Of a DNA stretch of 64,000 nt, positions 44,767-59,146 are shown in pieces (position 1 is the first letter of the stretch; every line of letters starts with the position of its first letter). The translations under genes and the position numbers were made by a program. The notes below the pieces were generated by a model. That model was not told the DNA's origin. It saw only the letters and a list, made by a program, of their open reading frames with translations, and searched no databases. The DNA is taken from positions 119,908,001 to 119,972,000 of the forward strand of contig OZ024743.1 of NCBI GenBank assembly GCA_964016885.1. Direction: 5' to 3'. The DNA comes from Eledone cirrhosa. Its lineage: Eukaryota.

Positions 44767-45290
44767 ATGATGGCTGCAAACTCTGCTAAGAGTACTGCAA
44801 TCGCATGTCAGATTACAGAGTTTGGTGCACTTTTAGGCTACGGCCAGCCACACGAACCTTTAACATATCCTGAACAAGCAATGCCTGTGCTTTAAAGGGT
44901 TTTTTAAGTGGTGAAAGGCCTTGCACTCAACCAATCCCATTCTCTGAACATCGAAAACACTACCCGAAAAGGAGAACTGGTCAACATCATCGGATGCTTC
45001 CGAAGCCGCAGGTTTTTTTTTTTTTCAGAGTTTCCCTCTCCTAGAAAGGTGTTGTGACAACATCTGGGGGCCTTTCACTCCCAGGTAAAAAAATAAGTAC
45101 TATTTGGATGGCCGTTGACTCTGCTGAGTTCCTCCGCCCTTTACCAGGTCTTGTATTTCATCCCGCAGGGTGTCAGACGTCGAGAGTTTCCTCTACCGCA
45201 CAAAATTACAGGCGCAATTTCACGGCCTCCCACCCAAGCTGAATGACCTGGACAGCTTTCTGAAACTGGGCCGACGACCGTCACAATGTC
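44767..45290 (-). mobile_element. Retroposon-like repeat ending in a (TATG)n tail; relatives at 24400-24620, 38515-38700 and 42176-42215
   Basis: Shared terminus gcagccatcatgtatg and internal ccaatccca.tctctga. Confidence 0.55.
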
Positions 45291-45294
45291 TACT

Positions 45295-45331
<37 letters not shown>

Positions 45332-45336
<5 letters not shown>

Positions 45337-45560
45337 TACTTTGGGAGGGTCATGTTGCCAATAAGAAACATACGCACCAGTTGCTTTCACTCCAATTTAT
45401 TATAAATTAAATTTATAAATTTAATTTATAATAAATTGGAGCGAAAGCAACTGGTGCATGTGTTTCTTATTAGCAACATGACCCTCCCAAAGTATAACAA
45501 TATCGGTTTCAACACACGTTTTCAGATAAAGAATCTTGCTAAACAAATTCAGAAACGAAA
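45332..45560. mobile_element. Inverted pair of PLE pseudo-LTR 3' halves (5030 family)
   Basis: 45332-45420 is minus and 45421-45560 is plus. Confidence 0.8.
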
Positions 45561-45572
45561 TATATATATATA

Positions 45573-46034
45573 TGAAGATAGACATAGAATATTCGAAAAT
45601 ATTCTGTATGTTTATAATAAACATTTTGAAGACCTAATCGCTATAGAATAGAATACGTCACGTATTACAATTAGATTCTCGATAAAAGCAAGGGAAGTAA
45701 CCTACGCGTTTCATTCTTATTAGAAATCTTCAGGATTACATATCCAGTGCTTTTATCGAGAATGACACAGCTAGAGACTTATAGAATACTTAGCTGTGTA
45801 CAGCTGTACACAGCTAAGTATTCTATAAGTCTCTAGCTGTGTCATTCTCGATAAAAGCACTGGATATGTAATCCTGAAGATTTCTAATAAGAATGAAACG
45901 CGTAGGTTACTTCCCTTGCTTTTATCGAGAATCTAATTGTAATACGTGACGTATTCTATTCTATAGCGATTAGGTCTTCAAAATGTTTATTATAAACATA
46001 CAGAATATTTTCGAATATTCTATGTCTATCTTCA
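45573..46034. repeat. Spacer-less palindrome (231-bp arms, centre 45803/45804) with HHRs at 45675-45763(-) and 45844-45932(+)
   Basis: gtaatc-CTGAAGA-t-ttct/agaa-t-GAAA-cgcg-TA^ggttac plus a 16-bp distal stem I. Confidence 0.9.
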
Positions 46035-46061
46035 CATATATATCGCTATTTCAGAGCATTT

Positions 46062-46852
<791 letters not shown>

Positions 46853-47262
46853 GACACACAGGCTAAAATGCACATCCAAAAGAAAACAAGACCACCGAAA
46901 GATACACACACAATCATAAACACAGATACATACATAGCATCTCAAACAAAATACACCCACTCCAACGCATGCCTGCGCACAACACACACAAACAAAATAA
47001 AATCAACACGCACATTCATAAAATTACCTACATCTACATACACATATCAATACCAATAATAGGTCTGGGCACTGAACAACCACTTCGGCCCACCATTCCT
47101 CACGCCCAGCTACTTAAACCTCACTCATTGTTCTCCTAAATTTACTCCTCCCGATAAAGGACTGACGTCCGATGTGTTGAGATATTCCTTTTTCTTTTCA
47201 ACCAAGCTTGAATCTAATAAGACTTTATCTATTTACACCTGTGTTTGTCTTTTTCTAATCTC

Positions 47263-47298
<36 letters not shown>

Positions 47299-47376
47299 GG
47301 TGTCCCTAAAAATGTATACATACTTCAAAAACATACTAATAAATATTGCCTGTACATGTAATTAAAGTGTGTACAC

Positions 47377-47409
<33 letters not shown>

Positions 47410-48706
47410 CATGTATGTGTATGTATTATGTATGTATGTATGTATGTATGTATGTATGTATGTATGTATGTATGTATGTATGTATGTATGTATGCATGTA
47501 TGTATGCATGTATGTGCGCATGTATGTATGTATGCATAAGGGGAATAAGAAGCAAGAGAACGCATTTACTGATGAAGTACAGGCAAGGTATTAATCTGCT
47601 TCGTTCTTTCATTCTCAACCGTGTTTCACTTCAAATGGTGACGTTATTTTGACCAAACAATTTAGATGTTTCCGTATATCACTCTTTGAAATTAAAACTA
47701 TTCTCTTGTAAGCTGAGATTTACGTCTTAGTTACCGAGCCAAATTTAACTCGTTGATCAATTGTTGTGGGTCAGTGATTTAAGATAGTTGAGAACCGGGT
47801 GGGGATACTTGATTAACGATAGTTATATCTCACTATAAAAGCCTCACTTGAATCAGCGTTGTACACAATACATTCGCGATTATTAAGACTAGAATTACAA
47901 CGGAAGTGGTGGAAGATTTCATACTGACAAATTCTGAAATAAGTCACAAAATTATCCTGATTTCAGACAGGAAGTTGCCGAAATACCACTTCCGTTATTT
48001 AGTCGTATATCTTACTGTTTCTATATGCCTGTCATCACTATTAACCGAATATTTTTTTATATTTTATACTTTTCTTCTGTTGTTGTTATTGTTGTTTTTC
48101 CGAACAGCAATATTTACCAGCCAAATATGACCAATTTTTCTTACTCTCTAAAAAGAATATCTTTTTTATTATAGAAACCTACGGGAACTGTGTTGCTTGT
48201 GTATTCGTCGTTGTGTAATAAATAGCACTATGTCGGAGAATTGAGAACTTACAAAATCTAAGGATATAGAGAAGACAAATACATACATATACACTTACAC
48301 AGACAGTTAATCAATGCAATTGTGTTAATAAAACTATTTGCGTGGCCTTTTATCTTATGTAGATATCACTATCCCCTGAGTGATGTAATATTCAGCCCTA
48401 TAATTATAACTACATATACATGTGTGCGTGTGTATGTGTACACTATATATACACACATATGTACATATATATATAATATAACATAATCTATATGTGAGCA
48501 TCATTTAGCACCTAATTTGTAGTTAAATCTACATATTTCTTGCTTTATATGTATATATGTATTAATGCTAGTACGTTTTTCAATTGATACATATTCATAT
48601 ATCGTTTAAAATTATATTATATTATTGATGCTCTGAACAAAGTTTTATTGAGAAACATTATCGATACATATTTTATATGTATTGATTAAACCTAAAATAA
48701 CAGTTT

Positions 48707-48741
<35 letters not shown>

Positions 48742-48745
<4 letters not shown>

Positions 48746-50117
48746 GGAAAAAATGAAACGAAATTTCATTTCCCACTCTTAGTGCGGCTGTTACTTAAAT
48801 ATAAGTATGTATACGTACATACATATATGTATACAGACGTACAGTAGTATGTATATATATATATATACATACATGCACACATATATATATGTGCGTATGG
48901 ATTCACCAAACATTTTTTACAATGCTCGGTGTGTTTGTAAACAAACATCCCGTATTAAGCCGCAGTGTCTAGCAACCACCGTTGCTCGTTTGTTCAACAC
49001 TGACAAAGGAACGCTGTACTAGTTTCAAACTTGTTAGCTATCGTCAGCAACGTATACCTTCCTACCAGATAGTTGAACGTATATACTTACCTTATGCATA
49101 TTAACGGCTGAGTAGCCCAATTTTCATATCGAGTGGGTTAATCGGCCGGGTGCACCGAAAACGATAAACGGAAAAAATGAAACGATATTTCATTTCCCAC
49201 TCTTAGTACGGCTGTTACTTAAATATAAGTATGTAGGTCTGTATACATATATGTATGTACGTATACATACTTATATTTAAGTAACAGTCGTACTAAGAGT
49301 GGGAAATGAAATTTCGTTTCATTTTTTCCGTTTATCGTTTCCGGTGCACCCGGCCGATTAACCCACTCGATATGAAAATTGGGCTACTCAGCCGTTAATA
49401 TGCATAAAGAAAGTATATACTTTCGGACGTTCAACTATCTGGCAGGAAGGTATACGTTGCTGACGATAGCTAACAAGCTTGAAACTAGTACAGCGTTCCT
49501 TTGTCAGTGTTGAACAAACGAGCAACGGTGGTTGCTAGACACTGCGGCTTAATACGGGATGTTTGTTTACAAACACACCGAGCATTGTAATAAATGTTTG
49601 GTGAATCCATACGTACATATATATATGTGTGCATGTATGTATATATATATCCATACTACTGTACGTCTATATACATATATGTATGTACGTATACATACTT
49701 ATATTTAAGTAACCGCCGTACTAAGAGTGGGAAATGAAATTTCGTTTCATTTTTTCCGTTTATCGTTTTCGGTGCACCCGGCCGATTAACCCACTCGATA
49801 TGAAAATTGGGCTACTCAGCCGTTAATATGCATAAGGTAAGTATATACGTTCAACTATCTGGCAGGAAGGTATACGTTGCTGACGATAATTAACAAGCTT
49901 GAAACTAGTACAGCGTTCCTTTGTCAGTGTTGAACAAACGAGCAACGGTGGTTGCTAGACACTGCAGCTTAATACGGGTTGTTTGTTTACAAACACACCG
50001 AGCATTGTAATAAATGTTTGGTGAATCCATATGCACATATATATATGTGTGCATGTATGTATATATATATACATACTACTGTACGTCTGTATACATATAT
50101 GTATGTACGTATACATA

Positions 50118-50120
<3 letters not shown>
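48742..50120. mobile_element. About 420-bp HHR-bearing unit: 1.15 copies minus, then about 2.1 copies plus
   Basis: HHRs at 49011-49053(-), 49454-49496(+) and 49874-49916(+); (TA)n flanks. Confidence 0.9.
49454..49496 (+). ncRNA. Minimal type I hammerhead ribozyme
   Basis: acgttg-CTGACGA-t-agct/agct-t-GAAA-ctag-TA^cagcgt. Confidence 0.8.
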
Positions 50121-50197
<77 letters not shown>

Positions 50198-50266
50198 TAC
50201 ATACATATGTATATATATATATGGGGGTGATGTGTGTGTGTGTGCGCGCGCGTGTGTATTACATGG

Positions 50267-50306
<40 letters not shown>

Positions 50307-50559
50307 CACACACACATATATATAGGGAGAGAGAACGACTGAGACAAGAGAGAGGTGAAGGGGAGGAAGAAAGCGGTTAAAGAAATAGATAAATAGATAA
50401 ATAAAAAATAAACAACTGTCCCTTGCATAGTTCGATCCATACATGTGTTTACACGCACACCACCACATGTGAGTGTGAGTGTGAGTGTGTGTGTTCCTGG
50501 TTGCTAAGAATCGTGATTGCTTTCATGGATATTCAGTAGCTTAACCATCAGGCATTTCT

Positions 50560-51110
50560 TTGATGGTGTTAGTTTATATAATCATGAAGGCTGCATGCAA
50601 GGATTTTTAATAAGACTTCCTCCCACTTACAACTTGTTAGGGACATTCTCACGTGACCACAACTGTTTCTCACCGGCGAGAATAGGTCAAGACAGTGCAC
50701 TGAAGTCTCCCATTAGGATATATGATTCAGTCATAACTACAGTTAATGCTGCAGTGACTTCATTAAGGAAAATCTGTTTTCGGTTTATCTGTTTGGTGCA
50801 TAAACTTGCACCATCCAGCGAGGCCTTTCTTTCAGTCTAAACTTCAATAAGCGAATCCTTCTTTCCAATGTGATCCAGTCTATAACACATTCCGACGGCC
50901 GGGGTCTTGTGAGTATCAGCATTTCTGCCAGTGCAGTCATTTCTGGTACCATTCCTCAATTGTGGATTTTGACCCTCCATCGAAATCTATGATACCAGAG
51001 GCATGGGACTTTGTTGAGGCAACCACGACTATATCTAGCCGTTAGCATCTGGCCTCCTCCATTAGTTCCTGCCCCTTGCCTCTAAGGGTTGTAACGTTCC
51101 AGTTGCCCTG
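50560..51110 (-). mobile_element. Degenerate LINE APE-endonuclease fragment (RTE-like)
   Basis: Minus strand reads GNWNVTTLRGKGQELMEEARC*RLDIVVVASTK. Confidence 0.65.
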
Positions 51111-51714
51111 TTGTTACAGTTTGCTCTCTTCTGTACCCTCTTTGGGGTATCGGGATACGTAACCTTTGTGGGTCCAACTCACGCTTGCTAGAACAGGTTG
51201 CAGCCCCATCGCCAGTTTTTACTATGGAGACTGCAATATATTTTTTGAACAGCCTCCTCTACCTATGACTTTGACGCGCCTTTTTTCACTCCACGTGAAG
51301 AACAATCGGATATGATTGCTTTTATTGTACAGACCAACTGCAGTTTTTTGTGGTCTTATTTACGCCAATCATCAATTGGGTAATTTTCTCAAATCCACGA
51401 AGCCTAGGCTTTTTTTAGTAGCGGACTTTACTCGCTGTTTAGTCCGGGGTTGTTTATTCTTCCGACAGGAACCCTCTTATATCGCAACTAACCATCATAT
51501 CTGGTGGCTGTATGGCTATTCGCCACATGCGACCCGTATGCTGCAAAAAGGACAATGTGTGCTGAAACTGAAATTTAATGAAAGTTTTCAATGTTTGGCT
51601 TTCATGCTAGATATTAAAGAATATTTAAATTATCTAAATATAAAGCTGTATTTTTGCCTTTGAGATAAACAAAATGTTTTAACGTAACATATTAAATTTT
51701 AACATTGCTCACTT

Positions 51715-51786
51715 TCCTATATAGTTTCAATGTTAATACGTTGGACTCCGAATCCAACAATCCGAGTTCGAATCTCGGTACAAACT
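51715..51786 (+). pseudogene. tRNA pseudogene, Gln-like body with CCG anticodon
   Basis: ttgga-ctCCGaa-tccaa anticodon arm and ccgag-ttcgaat-ctcgg T arm are intact; acceptor and D stems are poor. Confidence 0.65.
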
Positions 51787-52515
51787 TATATATTTCAGCT
51801 TACTGATATGCATCGCAATTGGATACTGAGGGTGACCACAATTCAGTTGTTGATACCAATCTTTGATGCACTAATCCATAACAAGAGGTTCCAAGTATCC
51901 GGAAGCAGTAATTCAGGGAGTATGGCTGATTAATTAAGTAAATAAATGTTTGATTTTATTTGTTTTTATGATTTTTCTGCAAGCATAAAGTTTTTTTTTT
52001 ATTGCTCAGCTAACATGTGATTGCAAATTGATCATCTATATACTACTAAAACTCTGTGATTGCGTGCTTGACTGTAATCTAATACAGCCAAAACGGTGCA
52101 TAATGGGAAAATTTTTTGAAAGGAAGTTGCCACTGAAATGTGAATATAAAATGGAATAAAACAAGTTTCGCGTAAATCGGAGTACGGAGTCCCGGGATAT
52201 GGGTTTTTTTCCGGGTACCTTCATAGAGAGAGAGAAAGAGATAGTGGTTGTAAGAGAATAGATTGAAAGAGAGACGTATATATATAGAGAGAGAGAGAAG
52301 GAGACAGAGAAGAAAAACGGAAGAGAGAGAGAGAGACCTGGTGGTGTTATTGAATGAAATTATAACAGGTGATTTCCACATTAAGTCATATGTATCATAT
52401 AACTTGTGTTAGGACAGGATGTGTGTAGCGAATATTTCCTGCTAAATAGGAAAGGTGTCTATGTGTCTGTGTATATATACATATACATATGTGTATATAC
52501 ATATGCATGTGTGTG

Positions 52516-52564
<49 letters not shown>

Positions 52565-52847
52565 GAAAATAGAGAAATTAATGTGCGCAAGAAGCCAACA
52601 GTATTTCATAATATATAAGTGACTATAACGTCAAGATGGAAAATATTTAACGTAAGATATGGGAAAATAATTCAAACTCAATTAAAAAAAAAGTCAAGAC
52701 AGAAATTTTATCCACAGATTTTGTGAAATCCAGGGAAAAAATCAATAGAGACTTAACTCATAATAAAATTAAGGTTAAATACTTATCCTTCAATTTGGAA
52801 AAACTACAAAAAGACTATTTCACGAAACTTTTCAGTGGGGTTAGTCA

Positions 52848-52966
<119 letters not shown>

Positions 52967-52990
52967 CCGGCGTATATAGGTCACAGACAC

Positions 52991-53044
<54 letters not shown>

Positions 53045-53673
53045 CTTCCAATTTCATTTTATATTATATACATGTATGTGTATATTTTAATTATTTAAAA
53101 ATCATTTTTAAGTGAAGATGATTTTAAGAAATATATTTTTAAGAGAACGTGATCCAACAGGTCACGGATGGTCTAGTAACTTATATACTCGAACATTACA
53201 CGAAGATTCATTTAAAACTAAAACACTTAGCACCCTAGCAATGCCCGCGGACACGGAGTATATTGGTTCTCCTAATTATAGGTTTTAAAAGTATGTATGT
53301 AGGCTTGGTTGAGTGATTAAGATATGTGTTTCGCAATTTGAGGTGCTGGGTTTGATCCCAATAAGTGACACCCTGGGCAAGTGGCTTTATCATAGCCGAA
53401 ATCATATAGATAAAATTAGATAGTTATAAACGTTACATATTAAAAACAATCATACAGAAATTGTTTGTCTTTTTAATGAAACAGGAAAATTCGTTGTATA
53501 GATTTATAATTTCCGAGTCATTTCTCCTCATTCACCTCATCCAAATTCTTCTACTTTCTTTTCTTTCTCTAACATTTTTATCTCTCTGCTTCCTCCACCT
53601 CTTCCTCCATCCTTACCCATTCGCTCTCCCCTCAGTTTCTCCATTTCTCTCTATATATATCCCTCTCTCTCTA

Positions 53674-53747
<74 letters not shown>

Positions 53748-54369
53748 AAAGTATTGAAAAGGTCCGTCTCACTCAGAATCATTTTAGGGCGGGTTAAGGG
53801 TTGGTGTGTGTGTGTGTATATTAGCCAGTGTGTCTTCTCTCTCTTTCTCTCTCTCTCTCTTCCCCCCCCCCCTCTCTCTCTCTCTCTTTGTGTACTCGAA
53901 GCGTAAAAATTTCAAAAGAAACAAGGAGTCAATTTTAATAGACCAGACAAACTGGCTAATCATAGTGGGTGAACCATTAAAACCATCGAAAGATACCATA
54001 AGATATAATAGGTATGTGTGTATGTATGTATATATCCGTCTCTGCATATAAGTGCCTGTGTGTGTTAGCGTCTGTCTGTCTCCGTATGTGGTGCAGGTGT
54101 GTGTGTGTGTGTATATAGGTGTGTCGGGAGGGGTGTCTGTTGAATGTCTGTTGACTAGCTGATAGAGCTTCGATGACATCAACTGACCGGAAGAAGGCAA
54201 TACATTCAGCACAGCACAATCAGTTCGGATCCCGGGGCCGATAGACCGCAAATGAACGACTTATATGCGTATATATATATGTATGTATATATGTATATAT
54301 GTATATATGTATATATGTATATATGTATTTATATATGTATGTATTTTTGTATGTATGAATGTATGTATG

Positions 54370-54427
<58 letters not shown>

Positions 54428-54633
54428 TGTGTGTGTGTGTCTGTGTGTGTGTGTATGCATGCATATATTTATATATACGTATATATATGTATATATGCGT
54501 GTATATATATATATATATATAGATACACACATAGATATAAATGTGTGTATGTCAATGTATCTCAAATGATGTATGTATATATATATATATATATATGTAT
54601 GTATATATGTATGTATTTATGTATTTATGTATT

Positions 54634-54670
<37 letters not shown>

Positions 54671-54674
54671 CTGT

Positions 54675-54740
<66 letters not shown>

Positions 54741-55606
54741 TGACGTTATAGTCGGACCAATGCATCCCCGATGACAAGCAAGCAAAAAGGGAAGAAGGAT
54801 TAGAAAAAGCCACCGGCGTCTGAAGTGAAAGATCACCGTCAAGGAAAAAATCGCTCACTGGAGCTTATCCGAACGTCGCTTGCACTCAGCCAGAAGCAAC
54901 TGAAAGCAACACCGTGAAATAATTCATTCATTCATGCTCAGTTGTTGTTATTGTCGTTGCAGGCGCTGTTTTTGTTATTATTGTTGTTGTTGCTGTCTTT
55001 GTGTTAATAATGGTGTTGGTGTTGATGTGTATAACTGGTGATAATGTCGGTTGTAGTGTTGTTTGTTGATTTATTGTTTCACTAAATTATTTCGTTTCTA
55101 GCGTTATATTAATTTTTTGGCCTTTTTGTGTTTTTTGTGTTCAATTAATATTGTGTCCGTAGTGGTGTTGGCGTTAATGTTGACGTGTAAATTTGGTGGT
55201 GAGGATGATGGCTGTTTCTGTGGTGGCTGTGGTGGTTGTGGTGGTTGTGGTGGTTGTGGTGATTGTTGATTCATCGTGTCGCTAATTTAGTTAGCGTTAT
55301 ATTAAATATTAGTGATATTTATTTCTTTTTGTTCATATTAATATTCTTATTGTTGTGTTTGTGGTTGTTTTGAGCTGATAGTGGTGTTGATACTGATTTG
55401 CATAGTTGGTGATGGTGATTGTTGTAGTGACTGTGGCGAGTGTTGAATCATTGTGTTGCTAATTTAGTTGTCGCTTGTGTTAGAGTATTATCTATCTGTC
55501 ATATGACGGGTAATTTTGTGATTTTACTTTTGCCACCGTTGATAAAACAGGAAATGTTAGCAAGGTAAAAACAATTTTTTTCTCAAATTTCATGGTGTTT
55601 CTCCAA

Positions 55607-55800
55607 ATAACGGTTTCTACTTTTGGCACAAGGCCGGCAATTATCCCAGGGCATTACTGGTGCTTTATTTTATCTACCCCGTAAGGATAAAAGGCAAAGC
55701 TAACCCCGGCGGGATTTGAACTCAGACCATAAAGCGTCGTAACTCTATGCTGCAAAGCATGTCGTCTGACCCTCTGCCGATACTGCCAATCCACCACCCT
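55607..55800 (-). mobile_element. SINE family A
   Basis: Homology to the other copies. Confidence 0.85.
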
Positions 55801-56307
55801 CATTTATACAAATAATGAAATGAATATTAATTTGGAAAATGAAAGTAGTTATTCAGTCAAATAAAATATAAATAAAAGTGTTTGAATATTTAAATAACAA
55901 TAAATAATACAAATATGAAACATAAATATATTAGGTCATCAAGTATGAAATTTGTAGAAAAAAAGGCAAATTTCGACAAATTTCATACTTGGCGACCCAA
56001 TATATAGATAAATAAATAACATAATAATTCACTACAGCTGCATTTGGCTAAAATGATTCATATCATAGCTCATGCTCCAATGCTACAAATATGGTATTAT
56101 TAAAGTGACGATTTGAAGAGAAGGAAAAGAAAAGAAATTGAGAAACATAATATTTAGTTTCTTCTGTGTATATTGCATTCCTTAAAAAGAAAAACGCTAT
56201 AAGTATTCGCTCTTCATGCATAACTTCATGCATTTTGAAAATATTTATTCAATAATCTATGTCCTCCTCTTCCTTTTATTTCTAACCCCCCCCCCCTCCC
56301 TCTGCCT

Positions 56308-56399
<92 letters not shown>

Positions 56400-56837
56400 T
56401 TATTTATTTATTTAAGTGAGTTGATAATACAACCATTTAAAGGCAAAGAAAGATGTTTAAACCTCAATGTGATTTTATAATCCACAACAAGATAGGTAAT
56501 AAACAGTTTAATAAACAGTTTAATCACAGTAGTGTTATAATCTCACAGAGCATATATATATAAAAGACGAATGATTAACAAGTATTCTAATCAAAACATT
56601 TTATAGATGTTTAATAGAAATTTATATTTACACCCAAACCATAAGTATTATAGAATAATAATATGAACAGTTACATTATCCCTTTCTACTACAGCAAATT
56701 TAGCTGGCTTTCAATAACTACAGAAGAATATATAAATATAAATCAGAACATATAATTCCTCCAGATAATAATGAGTAAATAAAGCATCCCATCGTTTCAG
56801 ATAATGTGTTTAATGACAGCAACGATATTGATGATAA

Positions 56838-57449
56838 TAATGGTTTCTGATGTAGGCACGAGGCCAACAATTTTGGGGAAGGGGAAAGTCGATTAACTCT
56901 ACCCCAGTGCGTTACTGGTACTTTATTTTATCGACCCCGTGAGGATGAAAGACAACGTTAACCTCGGCGGGATTTGAACTCAGAATGTAAAGGGCCATAG
57001 CTCTATGCTGTAAAGCAGGGTGTCCGACACTCTAGCGATACTGCCAATTCACCGCCCTTTTGATGATAATTGTTTCTACTTTTGGCACAAGGCCAGCAAT
57101 TTCTCCTGTTCATTACTGATGCTTTATTTTATCGACCCCGTAAAGATGAACTTCGACAGGATTTGAACTCAGAACGTAAAGGGACATAACTCTATACTGC
57201 AAAGCATGGCGTCTGACGCTCTACCAATACCACCTATCCACCGCCCTTTTGATGATAATAATTGTTTCTGCTTTTTGGCACAAGGCCAGCAATTCCCCAG
57301 TGCATTACTGGTACTTTATTTTATCGACCCGTAAGGATGAAAGGCAAAGTTAACCTCGACGGGATTTAAACTCAGACCGTGAAGGGACATAACGCTATGC
57401 TAGAAAGCATGGCGTCCAACCCTCTACCGATACTACCAATTCACCGCCT
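56838..57449 (-). mobile_element. Three head-to-tail SINE family A copies
   Basis: 56838-57058, 57068-57247 and 57260-57449, separated by ttgatgataa. Confidence 0.88.
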
Positions 57450-57564
57450 TTTGATGATAAAAATGAACAGATTTATGATGCTGATAATACTCTTATGTTG
57501 TTTAATATGGATAACGCTTTATCTCACCGTAATAATGTAGTAAATAGATCTCTTAATGCTAATA

Positions 57565-57984
57565 GCAATTGCAGGGTCCTAGATTCTTGCCTGTCTAGGG
57601 GCCACTGCCTTAAAAATAATGTTGTATATATGTGTGAAGTCTCAATCTTGTAATTCCATAAGTGCAACGGCAAATAATTTTAAAACCCGATATTATTCAA
57701 GTTTACATCTTTTTAAGAATGAAAAATTAACAAATTCTCCTTCCTCAGCTAAATTAATCTGGCGTCTAAAATGTGATAACATAAGACATTATATTACATG
57801 GGATATTATCAATTCTGCAAAACATTATGGAGGGGGCAAAACTAAATGCAATCTTTGTCTGATGGAAGGATTTGAAATTATTAATTCTAAAATTAACCTT
57901 CTCAACTCTAAAAATGAAATAATCCCTTCCTGCCCACAAAAACCTTTTCACTCTTTGTTTAATAAAATCTTTGACCCTCATTAA
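57565..57984 (+). mobile_element. Degenerate PLE GIY-YIG endonuclease fragment (possibly Naiad-like)
   Basis: NCR..SC...GHCLKNNVVY, frameshift, FKTRY...LIWRLK...ITWDII...KCNLCLME...LLNSKNEII.SC. Confidence 0.75.
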
Positions 57985-58254
57985 ATATATTTATTGACAT
58001 CCTGGTTTGAGTATTCGGTGACAACTTGAATATTACGAGTAGTTTAATATATCTGTTATAGTCTACCACTAAGTTAAACTATCTTTAAAATTTGTATCTG
58101 TTACCCTTCATAGACTTTTGTATTTAATGAACGCTAACTTTTAATTTACATATATATATGAACATGTGAATGTGTGTATATATATATGTGTTTGAGTGAG
58201 TGTGTGTGTGAGTGTGCGCGCGTGCGTGTTTTTGTGTGGGTGTGTGTGTGTGCG

Positions 58255-58335
<81 letters not shown>

Positions 58336-58477
58336 CGAAGGAAATGTGGTAAGGAACCAGGTGCACCATAACGCACCAAAGTACTCAATACTTGAGGTAG
58401 TAGCGTGGGTAATAGGAACCAGTAAGACCCCGACAGCTGAGCTCAAGCCGTTTCGACGGCTAATTCTGGAGCACTCT

Positions 58478-58578
58478 ATCACGAGCACTCTATCTCAAAA
58501 ATAATTTTGAGATAGAGTGCTCGTGATTGTTGCTCTAATCTGGTATTAGAGCAAATATCACGAGCACTCTATCTAAAT
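58478..58578. repeat. 23-bp-arm hairpin with a third partial copy
   Basis: atcacgagcactctatctcaaaa / ttttgagatagagtgctcgtgat. Confidence 0.8.
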
Positions 58579-58727
58579 TATTTTTGAAAAGCATAAGAAA
58601 TGCGTAACCGGTAAAAACTTAAAACTAAAATTGAATACTAACTAATACTTATTACTAATTTATACTTATTCCTAATTAAACTATTTTTCAGTGGGAAAAA
58701 TTTGTCAGAATTTTCTTTTCCTTTTTA

Positions 58728-58804
<77 letters not shown>

Positions 58805-58997
58805 GGCTTCTACAGGACGAGAACTGTTTCAACCGGTATAAATCATCAGGGCTAGTCCTGTAGAAGCCGTTTCTATATTAAATATTAATACTCTGCTATG
58901 TATTGAGTACCTTACTTACTGTGGTTACCCCCGATTGATAAACATATATATATATATATATATGTATAAACATATATATATGTATATATATATATAC

Positions 58998-59049
<52 letters not shown>

Positions 59050-59057
59050 ATGTATGC

Positions 59058-59145
<88 letters not shown>

Positions 59146-59146
<1 letters not shown>

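Noticed and set aside
47145-47185. HHR-like ccgataa-aggac-tgac-gtcc-ga
   Set aside because: Both core boxes are broken; at best a relic
47296-47325. Tc1/mariner-like terminal repeat tacagggtgtccc
   Set aside because: No partner inverted end was found
55930-56002. Imperfect hairpin with arms of about 27 bp
   Set aside because: No intact ribozyme core and no second copy, so it cannot be assigned
57565-57984. Selenocysteine recoding, as reported for some Naiad PLEs
   Set aside because: No TGA seen at the conserved Cys positions, and the fragment is decayed
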